From assembly GCA_964537795.1 (NCBI GenBank), contig CAZICR010000001.1:1-40488 (forward strand): a stretch of DNA of 40,488 nucleotides, given 5' to 3'. The position numbers and the translations under genes were made by a program. Within the stretch, counting starts at the first letter, position 1. Every line of letters starts with the position of its first letter. Below, piece after piece: positions 27,727 to 37,356 of the stretch. The DNA is from an uncultured Cellvibrionaceae bacterium (GTDB lineage Bacteria > Pseudomonadota > Gammaproteobacteria > Pseudomonadales > Cellvibrionaceae). Under the pieces are notes generated by a model that saw nothing but the letters and a program-made list of their open reading frames with translations, was not told the origin of the DNA and did not search any database.

Positions 27727-29442
27727 TTAGCTGTAATACATGTCTATTGCTGACAACAAAGAGATAACTTGGACCTTTTCTATTGGTGTACCAAAATTAA
27801 AAATATTATCTATGTCAAGTTTTAGAGAAGGATCTTTTATTTTTTGAACTGTAGTATTATAGAAATCCTTAAAATTAGTTTCCAAATTTTTGTTTGTTGT
27901 AAGCCAGTAACCTATTGGATTCATATTTTTTTTGTCATTAAAGCCAGAAAAATTACCAAATGCAAACTTACTTATAAAATAATCTATCAACTGTGGTAAG
28001 TAATATTTTTTATGGCCGAACCCAAACATTGGCGAATTAATTTTAGACTTGGTACTTTCCCATATAAAATTAGCAGCAAAAGGATATTTTTTTTCAATCC
28101 ATTTTTTGTAAATATAGTGATTGTATCGTAATTTGGGTGATATTGAGAGTGAAAAGTTGATGACATCGAAATCATAAAAAGGAGAGAATGTTTCTGAATA
28201 TTTATATATCGAAGCTAAGCCGTTATTAGCACCCAAAAAACCTCTGTTATATAACTTAAATATTTCTTCATTGGCATATTCATATACTAAATGGATATCT
28301 TTACAGTTAGACAATAGTTTATCTGAATAAGCACCATCAGTAAGATTCCAAGGCTTATGTTCAAGATGTGAAGTTGAGAATGTACCGAAAACTACATCAC
28401 CTAGTTGTCCTGTGTGAACTAAACCATAATCAGAAAAGTTAAATTTTTTATAAAAACTATTTGCATGTGCTAATCCATAGAAAAGAACATGCCCACCAGT
28501 TATTTGTGTTATAGATTTATAATCTTTTAAAAAATTGCCACCATCAAGAGATTTAAATATCCATTCATGATCTAGCTTTGACGCTATATCACATGCTATT
28601 TCAGCATCATAAGATTTTGACTGAGCAAAAGTAAAATTAGTCTGATTAGTATATCCAAGCTCATTTGCGACTACAGTAGTCATCCTTGAATCTAGACCAC
28701 CACTTAAACCAACCAAATGCGAATACCCATACTCATTATCTTTATCGAACTGACGACGAATTGCTTGTCTAAATAGAAAATCCATCCGTTCAATACATTC
28801 TCTTTCGCTGATTTCAGCTATATCATTATTAAATACATGATATTGTTTTTTTTGGATGACGCCGTAAGAGTCTATTTTAAGTAACGTTGCAGGCATTAAT
28901 CTTAAGGTGTTTTTAGCTAAAGTGTATTCTTCGAGCATAAAACCGAAAGATAATAGCATATATGCTGATTTAACATTTAATTCATTATCAATGCTACGAC
29001 TTTTCAAATACAGATTAAAGAAATCAATATCAGTCGATGCAATAAATTTATCATCAAATAATCTGTAATATAAAAACTTGCTCCCTACATGATCATTATA
29101 TACTTGCAAATTTTTAGTCTTTTTACAGTAAAAAAAACCGACGAAAGAACCTCGCAAACTAAACAAAAAAGAAGAGCCAAACTTACTAAATTGATCAGAG
29201 AAGAATTCTGGCCAGTTATTAAATTTAGCATTTTCTTGCAATGATTTTTTATTAAAAATAACGCCATCTAGAGCACAAACACAATCACTATCCTCATGGA
29301 TGAATTTATCATTTTGAAATTTTGAGTTAAATTTCACGTCAAAATTAAAAGCATCAAAAGATGAAGCAACAGTTTCATTAGAAGAAACTCTGTTACTTTT
29401 TAAACCACTCTCAAAAAAGTATTCAACAAAGAAACCATTCAT
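27727..29442 (-). CDS. Asparagine synthetase-like amide ligase lacking the N-terminal catalytic Cys
   Basis: DGVIFN, LRGSF, DHVG.K.LYY, LSGGLDSR, TGQLGD and SPFYD motifs; N-terminus is MNGFF rather than MCGI. Confidence 0.82.
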   Translation of the reverse strand: MNGFFVEYFFESGLKSNRVSSNETVASSFDAFNFDVKFNSKFQNDKFIHEDSDCVCALDGVIFNKKSLQENAKFNNWPEFFSDQFSKFGSSFLFSLRGSFVGFFYCKKTKNLQVYNDHVGSKFLYYRLFDDKFIASTDIDFFNLYLKSRSIDNELNVKSAYMLLSFGFMLEEYTLAKNTLRLMPATLLKIDSYGVIQKKQYHVFNNDIAEISERECIERMDFLFRQAIRRQFDKDNEYGYSHLVGLSGGLDSRMTTVVANELGYTNQTNFTFAQSKSYDAEIACDIASKLDHEWIFKSLDGGNFLKDYKSITQITGGHVLFYGLAHANSFYKKFNFSDYGLVHTGQLGDVVFGTFSTSHLEHKPWNLTDGAYSDKLLSNCKDIHLVYEYANEEIFKLYNRGFLGANNGLASIYKYSETFSPFYDFDVINFSLSISPKLRYNHYIYKKWIEKKYPFAANFIWESTKSKINSPMFGFGHKKYYLPQLIDYFISKFAFGNFSGFNDKKNMNPIGYWLTTNKNLETNFKDFYNTTVQKIKDPSLKLDIDNIFNFGTPIEKVQVISLLSAIDMYYS

Positions 29443-29452
29443 AATAAATACT

Positions 29453-30697
29453 CTATTTAACGACTTTGAACATGAAGTAGAACGATACCAATGAAGTCAA
29501 TGATATTGTAAATGTTGTTGAAAAAGCAGCACCAGCTATGCCATATTGTGGAATGGTATACAGTGATATAAGAATGAATAGTACAAGCGCAGGTATTGAA
29601 ATTAATAAATTAAATTTTGCATATCCAAGTGCATTCAAAATGTTTCCTGCAGGTATTCTGAATAAGAATGAAAAAATTGCTCCTATCATAAGAATGCTTA
29701 AAGATAGTGAACCACTGCGATACTCTTTTCCAAAAATATTCTCTAGAAAAAAACTAGAAAAAATACCTAAGGGCACAAGCAAGCAGATTATGATTATTGA
29801 ACACATTTTCCAATAGCCGATTAAATAAGAAATTAATGAATTTCTCTGCAAACCGGAAATATGAACGAAATCAGTAACCATTAAGATAGCAGGCAAAAAA
29901 AGTAAACTCGTAAATATCAAGCTACATGCACCGTAAACCCCTAGCGAAGCCATGGAAGTGCCCAGATGAGCTAACATTAAATTATCTGCAGAAAGCATTA
30001 ATTGAGATATACATGCTCCAATTGATACATAAATTCCATATCTAATATTGATAATAAAATTTCTTAGCTTGAAAACTTTAAGAACTGTTACTAACGTTCT
30101 CCAATATGCAAACAAGAAAAATAAAATAATTATAATGAGAGCAACAATCTGCCCCTTAAAAAAAGAATGTGCAGTTCTTTCAAAGTATACAGTTGGGATT
30201 ACTATCGCAAACACAATAATAGTCAGTACTATATTTAACTTAGAGAATGCATCATTCCTATGGTTAACCCTGAAATAATTGATTAATAAATCATAATTAA
30301 AAAACAAAACAGCCAAAACAAATGCAGTGAAAAAAATTGTCTGATCAAAATTTCCGTCCAATATGTTTCGAGCAATAAGATAAAACAAAAAAAAAGTAAG
30401 TGTAGAAAAAATTGTTCCGACAATCATAGATGATAAAAGAAATAATTGTTTCTGCTGATTACTTTCAATTTTTGGTGCTAATCTTAAGAATGAGATACTC
30501 AATCCAACACCAATCATCGGTGCAAAGAAAATAAAAACGTTTTTATAGAGCGTTAAAACTCCAAATTCTTCTACCGTTAGAAATCGAAGGACAATAACAC
30601 TTAGTGCAGCTGCAGATACTTTTGTAATTAAAGAAGATAAAAAAACCCATCCAACTTTACGATTCACCAAACCATTAAAATACTCTTTTATATTCAT
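29453..30697 (-). CDS. wzx: O-unit flippase Wzx (MOP superfamily)
   Basis: R.L..EEFG, D.LML...LGVY, FG.EY and IPQYGIAGAA patterns; about 12 TMs. Confidence 0.88.
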   Translation of the reverse strand: MNIKEYFNGLVNRKVGWVFLSSLITKVSAAALSVIVLRFLTVEEFGVLTLYKNVFIFFAPMIGVGLSISFLRLAPKIESNQQKQLFLLSSMIVGTIFSTLTFFLFYLIARNILDGNFDQTIFFTAFVLAVLFFNYDLLINYFRVNHRNDAFSKLNIVLTIIVFAIVIPTVYFERTAHSFFKGQIVALIIIILFFLFAYWRTLVTVLKVFKLRNFIINIRYGIYVSIGACISQLMLSADNLMLAHLGTSMASLGVYGACSLIFTSLLFLPAILMVTDFVHISGLQRNSLISYLIGYWKMCSIIIICLLVPLGIFSSFFLENIFGKEYRSGSLSLSILMIGAIFSFLFRIPAGNILNALGYAKFNLLISIPALVLFILISLYTIPQYGIAGAAFSTTFTISLTSLVSFYFMFKVVK

Positions 30698-30718
30698 ATG
30701 TTACCAAGAATAATTATA

Positions 30719-31834
30719 CTATTTGATAATGGCTGCCCATTTTTTTTTCAACACATTCCAACTACTTAAATCATAAATATCTTTAATGTATGTTTCAGAT
30801 CTCGAAGAGATAATATTAGAATGCAAAATCTCACAGATTTTTTCACCAATTAAATCTATATCACTTATTTCAATAAAATTCTCGTAATTTCTTAACTCGA
30901 CATAATTTAGCCAACTGCCTGTAATGACAAGACCTTGCGCATACAAATGCTCTTGCATAGAACCTGAGAATACATCATGCACTTGAAGATTTATAAAAAT
31001 GTCCGCCAAGATTCTTAAGGAAGATACATCTTTGTCTGTTAGATACTTTTCTAAAAAAAGGACATTTAATCCGCTAAATTCATTTTTCAAAGTACTTATG
31101 TATTCCTCATCTCTTCCGTAAGTTAAAGGTAATATAAATTTAATTCTATTTAGAAGAGAACCTGGTAATTTTTCTTTCAGTACTTGAATAATTTTTATAT
31201 GCTGTTGGTTTTTTGATGCATTATAACCAATAACAATCGTGATTTTCTCACTTTCAATACCAAATAAGTGCTTGCATTCCAAACGACTTAAGCTGTTATT
31301 TTTTATATATTCTAATGGTTCCAAGCCATATTTAATAACTAGTATCAAATTTTCATTAAGTGAAAACCTTTCAATTAGCTTTTTCTTAACATCTTCGGTT
31401 GCACATGTTATTAATTTTGATTTTTCAATTATATATTTTATTTTATATAAATTTTTATCTTGCAGATTATTAATATCACTGCCCCAGAAAGATATAATAA
31501 GCTGTTCTTTTTTTATAACACCTGTTTTAATTAAAAAATAATAAAAACCACTTATGTACTGTATATTTATTGATTTATATCTATGCCCAAATATAAAAAA
31601 GAAAAAGTACATTTTAATAATAACTATTATTGTATTAAAAAAAGGAAGTACCAAATCTAGTTTCGAGCTGAAATCGATTAATGCCCCATCATAATAACTT
31701 TTATCAGCAGAAGTTACTGAACCAACTTCTAAATCTACATCTTCATCTCTGATGTGCTTAAACAAATATTTAATAAATTGATTTTTAGCGTCACCTATAA
31801 TTATTGACTTTGTTTTTTTTCTTAGAGAAATCAT
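30719..31834 (-). CDS. GT-B glycosyltransferase with WecF-like C-terminal motifs
   Basis: SFWGSD, IVIGYNASKNQQH, LPLTYG and D.FSGSMQEHLY motifs. Confidence 0.7.
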   Translation of the reverse strand: MISLRKKTKSIIIGDAKNQFIKYLFKHIRDEDVDLEVGSVTSADKSYYDGALIDFSSKLDLVLPFFNTIIVIIKMYFFFFIFGHRYKSINIQYISGFYYFLIKTGVIKKEQLIISFWGSDINNLQDKNLYKIKYIIEKSKLITCATEDVKKKLIERFSLNENLILVIKYGLEPLEYIKNNSLSRLECKHLFGIESEKITIVIGYNASKNQQHIKIIQVLKEKLPGSLLNRIKFILPLTYGRDEEYISTLKNEFSGLNVLFLEKYLTDKDVSSLRILADIFINLQVHDVFSGSMQEHLYAQGLVITGSWLNYVELRNYENFIEISDIDLIGEKICEILHSNIISSRSETYIKDIYDLSSWNVLKKKWAAIIK

Positions 31835-31835
31835 T

Positions 31836-32765
31836 TTATTTTCTATTTGAGTTCAAAATTAATATCCATGAAACAGCCAATAAAAAACCTGTTATGGCGA
31901 AAAATATAACAATTAGAAGTTTTTGCGGCCTTGATTTTTCTTCAGGAATCACCGCCGGATCAATAACTTTAAGGATATATTGTTCCCGCACGTTAGCAAG
32001 CATTATTATCTGGTACTGTTTTTCAATAAGCTTATAAAACATACTTTGCATATCGGCGACAGGTGTATTGCTTAACTCTTTGTTCAAAAAGTCGACACTA
32101 TTTTTTGCTTCATTTATTTCGACATTTCTAACATGCTCATTTAGATCAAAAATAAGCCAGTCAACAATGTTTTTAGCTATTACTGGTGAAATATGTTCTG
32201 CAGATAAATAGATTAACCCAGTCGTTTTATCTCTTACAACTTTGAAAATTAATTTGAAATCTTTATATAATTTCCACTCTGATGGATAATTTTCATCATT
32301 TCCAAAATTTTTTTTATTCCATTCATTCGTGTTAGGATTATAAATTTTATCATTAAATTTAATTTCACCATCATCCCAACTTTCAGCAGCTATTATAAAC
32401 GGCTCTAATTTTCTTTTTTTAATGAAGTCGTTAATAAAAACTCTTGACTGCAAAATTTCTAAAGCAAATGTTGTACGATCAAGTGAATTACTAGATAAGT
32501 TGACACCAGCTAACGAAGCTAGACCACCAAATTGATTTGCAATTGAAGATATATTACTGCTAGATTGTTCTTCCGAAGTTGCTAATGTTGCTTGAGCTTT
32601 ATAAATATTAGGTAAGTTAAAGGAATATATTAAACCCATGGTCGTAAACAATATTGAGATAATCAATATTTTTAATTTTTCATCCCATAGAACATTGATC
32701 ATCTGAAGAAAGTGTTCATTGTTGTCACTTTTAGAATGTTCATTTGAAACCTGTAAGGACGACAA
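31836..32765 (-). CDS. wzz: Wzz/PCP-1 chain-length regulator (OtnB/WbfE-like)
   Basis: Two terminal TMs; P.IYKA.ATL, QFGGLASLAGVNL, LQSR.F and IDPAVIPEEKSRP motifs; no kinase domain; AGGAG RBS. Confidence 0.9.
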   Translation of the reverse strand: MSSLQVSNEHSKSDNNEHFLQMINVLWDEKLKILIISILFTTMGLIYSFNLPNIYKAQATLATSEEQSSSNISSIANQFGGLASLAGVNLSSNSLDRTTFALEILQSRVFINDFIKKRKLEPFIIAAESWDDGEIKFNDKIYNPNTNEWNKKNFGNDENYPSEWKLYKDFKLIFKVVRDKTTGLIYLSAEHISPVIAKNIVDWLIFDLNEHVRNVEINEAKNSVDFLNKELSNTPVADMQSMFYKLIEKQYQIIMLANVREQYILKVIDPAVIPEEKSRPQKLLIVIFFAITGFLLAVSWILILNSNRK

Positions 32766-33057
32766 TTCTCATACTCCTAAAATTTTAACTAGAGCAACAA
32801 TATTTTTCACGTAAAATCTCCTTTTTTCATTAAAATAGGAAAAATAAATTAGTTTAATACTTTCTAAATAAGAGTTAGAACCAAAATATAAAAATAGTTT
32901 ACAGCATTCTTTTACACTAGCTGACATTATTTAATTTTTTAAATATCATTACATTTTATAAAGTTTATCGATTAATAATTTATAAGCATAATGAACGCAT
33001 CAGCAAACGAAGTAAAAATAGAAGTCAAATATACTATTCAACTATCATGTTTAACTT

Positions 33058-36024
33058 TTACAAAAACGTCCCAAGCGCCGCAATAGCCACCGCAGTGTTA
33101 TATAAAATCTGCGTTGCGCTGCTCCAGGTTTGCAGGCCATTCATATACTCGCTATCCAGCGGTACCACAATAGTGTCGCCCGCTTCCAAACCGGCGCGGC
33201 CATTATCAAACCAGTTGTTTTTTGGCATCAGTACCGAGCCATTGGCTTTGACAATATAGATACGCTTTCTATCTGCCCTGGCCTTTAACCCACCTGAACG
33301 TTCAAGATAACTATTCAGATCCAGTTTACGGTTATAGGTATGCGAGGTTGGTTGCTGTACTTCACCAATCACCGTAATAGAACGGCGCAAGGATGGAATT
33401 GCCAGCCGGTCGCCGTTCTCCAGCTCAAGGTTATCCAGATCACTCCCTTCCAGCGCCGCCGGCAAGTCAATCACCATCCGGCCAATAGGGTCAACCGCAT
33501 TTAATTGCGCAATCAGTTGCTCAGCTTCATCGGCAGTTTTAGGTGCTTTAGTATCGCTGGCATTACCCGACAGTTGTTTGGCAGCTATTTCCTGCTTTAA
33601 GCTGTTTTGTGCTTGTTGGATCTGGCGTTTTTCATTGTCTTTAATACTTTGCCGGCTAAACACCGCCGCATTGACATCGGCATACTCGGTAAAACCACCA
33701 GCCCGCGCAATTACATCAGCTAGCTTTTCGCCGCGTTTAAGCTGATATGTGCCAGGGAACTTCACTTCGCCCAACAGTTCAATACTATTGGACTCACGCC
33801 ACTCCGGGATCCGCTTGATCAACAAGGTGTCTTGTGGCATCAGCGTCAATTCCTGAGCCTTGGCCAGCTCTAACGAGAAATGCTCAAGTTCAGAGGTGGC
33901 GCTGCCGTCGGTACTACGACGGGTGATTTCGGCTGACACTACATAACTGGATTCGTTATAGCCCCCGGCAACTTTAACTAAATCAGCCGCATTCATACCG
34001 CTGGTTAACGGGTAAATGCCAGGGAATCGCACATCACCCGATACTGTCACCACCTGCTGCGCCACATTTTTATCAGCCTGTTGCATTAAACGTTGGTTTA
34101 ATTCAGCCAACACTTCAGCGCGTGATTCATTGCGCGACAATACATACACTTCATCGAGCGCTGTTAAACGGGTTTGTAAATCTTGCGGGTTCTCCAGTGA
34201 CACCACCCGCACCGTGGTTTTTACCTGCACACTGTCAAAATTGGCCAACAACACATAATTGCGCTCAGCAAACTGGTCTAAATCAAATGCCGCTTCTAAC
34301 AGTTGCTGTAAAGTCATCTGTCTGGTGAGTGGATACACACCGGGGAAACGCACCGAACCTTTAATAGTGACTATTTGCGGCGGCGCCATAAATCTGGCCT
34401 GGCTACGTAATTGCGTCAGCAATTCCTGCATCACGCCATCACGTTGTAATTGGCTGCTAAACAGAAATATTTTGTCGCGTGGCTGTAGCTGTAAATCATA
34501 AGCCGACTGTCGCTGGGTAATAGCTTTGCCCGGGTTAAAAGCTATCACTTCAATTTCACGGGTTGGCATGGTTTCACGCCGGATCACTCCATAGTTTAAA
34601 TCTGGGTTAGGTAATAATTCGCGTAAATCTGGCAACATATCGCTGATCCGCATACCGGCACGCCAGCCAAAACCGCCAGGGCGTTGCACATGACCATGTA
34701 GCTGTACAATATTGTCAATTTGGTCCAGTACTGAATACACCTGGATCACGTCACCTTTTCGCAGCGCTACGTTTAGGCCTGCTGGTTTAGCCAAATCCAA
34801 ATCGAGCAATGTTTTTGCACCACTGCTTTCAATACGCTCCAGCCGGCTAGCTGCCGGATAAGCCGTCGGTAACAAGCCACCAGCCAGTTTTAATAAATCA
34901 GCGCTGCTTTGTTCACCTTTTAGCTCATACATGGCAGGTCTTAAAACTTCACCGGCAATACCAGCGGTTTTACCTAGGGTAGGAATAAACACCACGTCAC
35001 CAGGTAACAAGCTAATATCAGCACTGGTGTCACCTCTTAGTAGTAAATCGTATAAATCCAGCGTCGCCACCACCTGGCCTTGTCGCTTGAGCTGGATGTT
35101 GCGCAGTGAACCAATATCTTTGATACCGCCGGCAGCGAAAATGGCGTGGGTAACCGTCGATAATGAACTTACGGTATAAGAACCTGGCCGGTAAGCTTCG
35201 CCCAGCACAAAAACCCGCACTGAACGCAAGGCGCCCATACTGATACTGGCTCTGTTGCCAATCATCCGTTCGCTCACCACTGTGGTTAAATATTCGGTCA
35301 TTTCCTGGTAGTTCATGCCCGCCAGTACCAGCGGGCCTATGCCAGGGAATGCCACTTCACCTTTGCGATCAATGGTCAGTTCAAACTGATTGGCTTCTTT
35401 ACCATACAGCTGTACCCGGATTTGATCGCCTGGCCCCATAATATAGTTAGCAGGAACCGGCACATCAGTGACAGGTGCAAAAGTGGATGGGCTACCGGCA
35501 AATAAGTCATAGCCAAAAGGTTTTAAGCTGGCTCTGCCTTGTAGCTGCTCTGGTTGTTGCGGCTGTTGTCCGACATTCACATCCAACGGCTCAACTTGCG
35601 GATTAAATCTTTGTTGCTGTTGCGGCTGATAACCTGGTTGCTGCTGCTGCGTGGCAAAACCTGCTTGCTCCGGGCCTGACTGCCCCTGCCCTATCGGCTG
35701 CTGGCCATACGGCAGTGCCTGCACGGCTGTAGCATCGGTTACCCCTCTGGCCGGTACCAGTTCATTTAAACTGGGCGAGGCCTGCTGCGATGTATCACTC
35801 TGACCCGCCTGGGCTTTTAGCTGAGCTAAATCAACACCATATTGCCGCGCTAACGCTTCTTGCTGCGACGGCGTCAAATTCTTAAACATTTCCAGTTGTT
35901 GCGCCGTTGGCGTTGCAGCCACAGCCATGCCAACACTTAAACACCAGGCAGTTAACCACCCCAGGTTTTTGACAAGATTTTTTTGAAATGATGAAAACTG
36001 GTTCAATCTTTTTCCCTGCTTCAA
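33058..36024 (-). CDS. Large OPX polysaccharide export protein with multiple SLBB domains (OtnA/WbfF/KpsD-like)
   Basis: Signal peptide; LKPFGYDLF, Y.MGPGD Poly_export motif, repeated G.V..PG.Y and AGG SLBB units, C-terminal GDTIVVP...QILY; start uncertain. Confidence 0.9.
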   Translation of the reverse strand: MKQGKRLNQFSSFQKNLVKNLGWLTAWCLSVGMAVAATPTAQQLEMFKNLTPSQQEALARQYGVDLAQLKAQAGQSDTSQQASPSLNELVPARGVTDATAVQALPYGQQPIGQGQSGPEQAGFATQQQQPGYQPQQQQRFNPQVEPLDVNVGQQPQQPEQLQGRASLKPFGYDLFAGSPSTFAPVTDVPVPANYIMGPGDQIRVQLYGKEANQFELTIDRKGEVAFPGIGPLVLAGMNYQEMTEYLTTVVSERMIGNRASISMGALRSVRVFVLGEAYRPGSYTVSSLSTVTHAIFAAGGIKDIGSLRNIQLKRQGQVVATLDLYDLLLRGDTSADISLLPGDVVFIPTLGKTAGIAGEVLRPAMYELKGEQSSADLLKLAGGLLPTAYPAASRLERIESSGAKTLLDLDLAKPAGLNVALRKGDVIQVYSVLDQIDNIVQLHGHVQRPGGFGWRAGMRISDMLPDLRELLPNPDLNYGVIRRETMPTREIEVIAFNPGKAITQRQSAYDLQLQPRDKIFLFSSQLQRDGVMQELLTQLRSQARFMAPPQIVTIKGSVRFPGVYPLTRQMTLQQLLEAAFDLDQFAERNYVLLANFDSVQVKTTVRVVSLENPQDLQTRLTALDEVYVLSRNESRAEVLAELNQRLMQQADKNVAQQVVTVSGDVRFPGIYPLTSGMNAADLVKVAGGYNESSYVVSAEITRRSTDGSATSELEHFSLELAKAQELTLMPQDTLLIKRIPEWRESNSIELLGEVKFPGTYQLKRGEKLADVIARAGGFTEYADVNAAVFSRQSIKDNEKRQIQQAQNSLKQEIAAKQLSGNASDTKAPKTADEAEQLIAQLNAVDPIGRMVIDLPAALEGSDLDNLELENGDRLAIPSLRRSITVIGEVQQPTSHTYNRKLDLNSYLERSGGLKARADRKRIYIVKANGSVLMPKNNWFDNGRAGLEAGDTIVVPLDSEYMNGLQTWSSATQILYNTAVAIAALGTFL

Positions 36025-36408
36025 TTGAGTGCCGATTACTGAAAATTACAAATTAAACTGGTGCAAAAAAATACAGTTCACTGCAGTTGGCGGATAAAAT
36101 TGCAATAAATAAAACTTTGGTATCTTAAACAGATTGGCTGGCGTTATCTAGTTTTTAGTTTAATTCAAAAATAACTTATTATATTTCAATAAGTTAATCT
36201 TGATTTGTTGTTAGCAATAGCAAGCATTTTGTCATACATATAACTTTTTATCATAAAGTTGATAACGTATTAATGCTGGTGAGGTAGGTCATACAAGAGC
36301 AGGATGAGTGTTAAAGGCTCGTGCTGGCAAAGCTGACAGCGCCTGTCTAGCACGCAAGACAGGAGCTGGGAAACAATTCTTAAAATGACAATGGGTGCAA
36401 AAATCCAG

Positions 36409-37356
36409 TTAGCCCAGACAACGACGGATCCCTTCTTCAACTGAAACAACGGGTTTCCAGCCAAGCGTCAGTTTGGTATGAGTGATATCCAGCTGCAAGT
36501 TGCCACAAAGCCGATCAATAATTGCCTGCTTACCTGTCAGCTTGCCTACTATCCTTAACCATGACTCTGGCACCGGGATTAACCGCGGTTTAGCACCGGT
36601 TGCTCTGGTCATTAATTGCAACAATTCAGTGGTTGAGACGTCACAATCATCACTGACCAAAAAAGTTTGATTGGCGGCTTGCGGGTGGTCAATACAAGTC
36701 ACAATTAAATTAACCAGATTGTCTAACGACACCATGCTGCGTTTATTGTGGATCGCACCTAAAGGCAGCGGTAAGTTTTTCTTCGCCAGGTTTAACATCG
36801 CAGCAAAATTGGCTTTCACACCAGGGCCGTAAACTAGTGGTGGTCTGATAATCACAACTTCCATGCCGGAATCTTTGGCAACTTGGCGCAGACCTGCTTC
36901 AGCTTCGGCTTTCGAAATGCCGTAAGGGTCTGTCGGATTGGCGGCATCCATCGCAGTAAACTGATGGCCTGGTAATGTTTCTTCACCATTGACCTTCACC
37001 GTACTAATAAAAATAAATCTTTTGACACCAGCAGCGGCGGCCTGTCGAGCTAAATTAAGAGTTCCTTCAGTATTGACCATTCGATATAAAGGCAATACAT
37101 CTGTTGCAGATTCTTTCATAACATGGACTCTGGCCGCCATATGTATAAAAGTGGAAATGCCTTTTAATTTTTCATCAAAGTCAAATGAAGGACTTAACTC
37201 CATATTAACGAATGGGAAATCACCTTTTTTTGGCTTATTTCTCCCAAATAAAACAAATCTGTATTTTTCGGATTGTGCAAGCAACGCAGAACCAATAAAT
37301 CCATTGTAGCCACTAATACCAATAACCTGTTCAATTTCCAAAACGTTTGGCTCCAT
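36409..37356 (-). CDS. NAD-dependent epimerase/reductase (WbpV/WbfT-like; probable UDP-4-keto-6-deoxy-GlcNAc 4-reductase)
   Basis: SGYNGFIG, HMAARVHVM, STVKVNGE, YGISK, RPPLVYGPGVKANF and NKRSMV motifs. Confidence 0.85.
   Translation of the reverse strand: MEPNVLEIEQVIGISGYNGFIGSALLAQSEKYRFVLFGRNKPKKGDFPFVNMELSPSFDFDEKLKGISTFIHMAARVHVMKESATDVLPLYRMVNTEGTLNLARQAAAAGVKRFIFISTVKVNGEETLPGHQFTAMDAANPTDPYGISKAEAEAGLRQVAKDSGMEVVIIRPPLVYGPGVKANFAAMLNLAKKNLPLPLGAIHNKRSMVSLDNLVNLIVTCIDHPQAANQTFLVSDDCDVSTTELLQLMTRATGAKPRLIPVPESWLRIVGKLTGKQAIIDRLCGNLQLDITHTKLTLGWKPVVSVEEGIRRCLG

Noticed and set aside
36270-36464. 64-aa ORF as a leader peptide
   Set aside because: Starts inside the reductase gene and crosses the hairpin region; no supporting signals.
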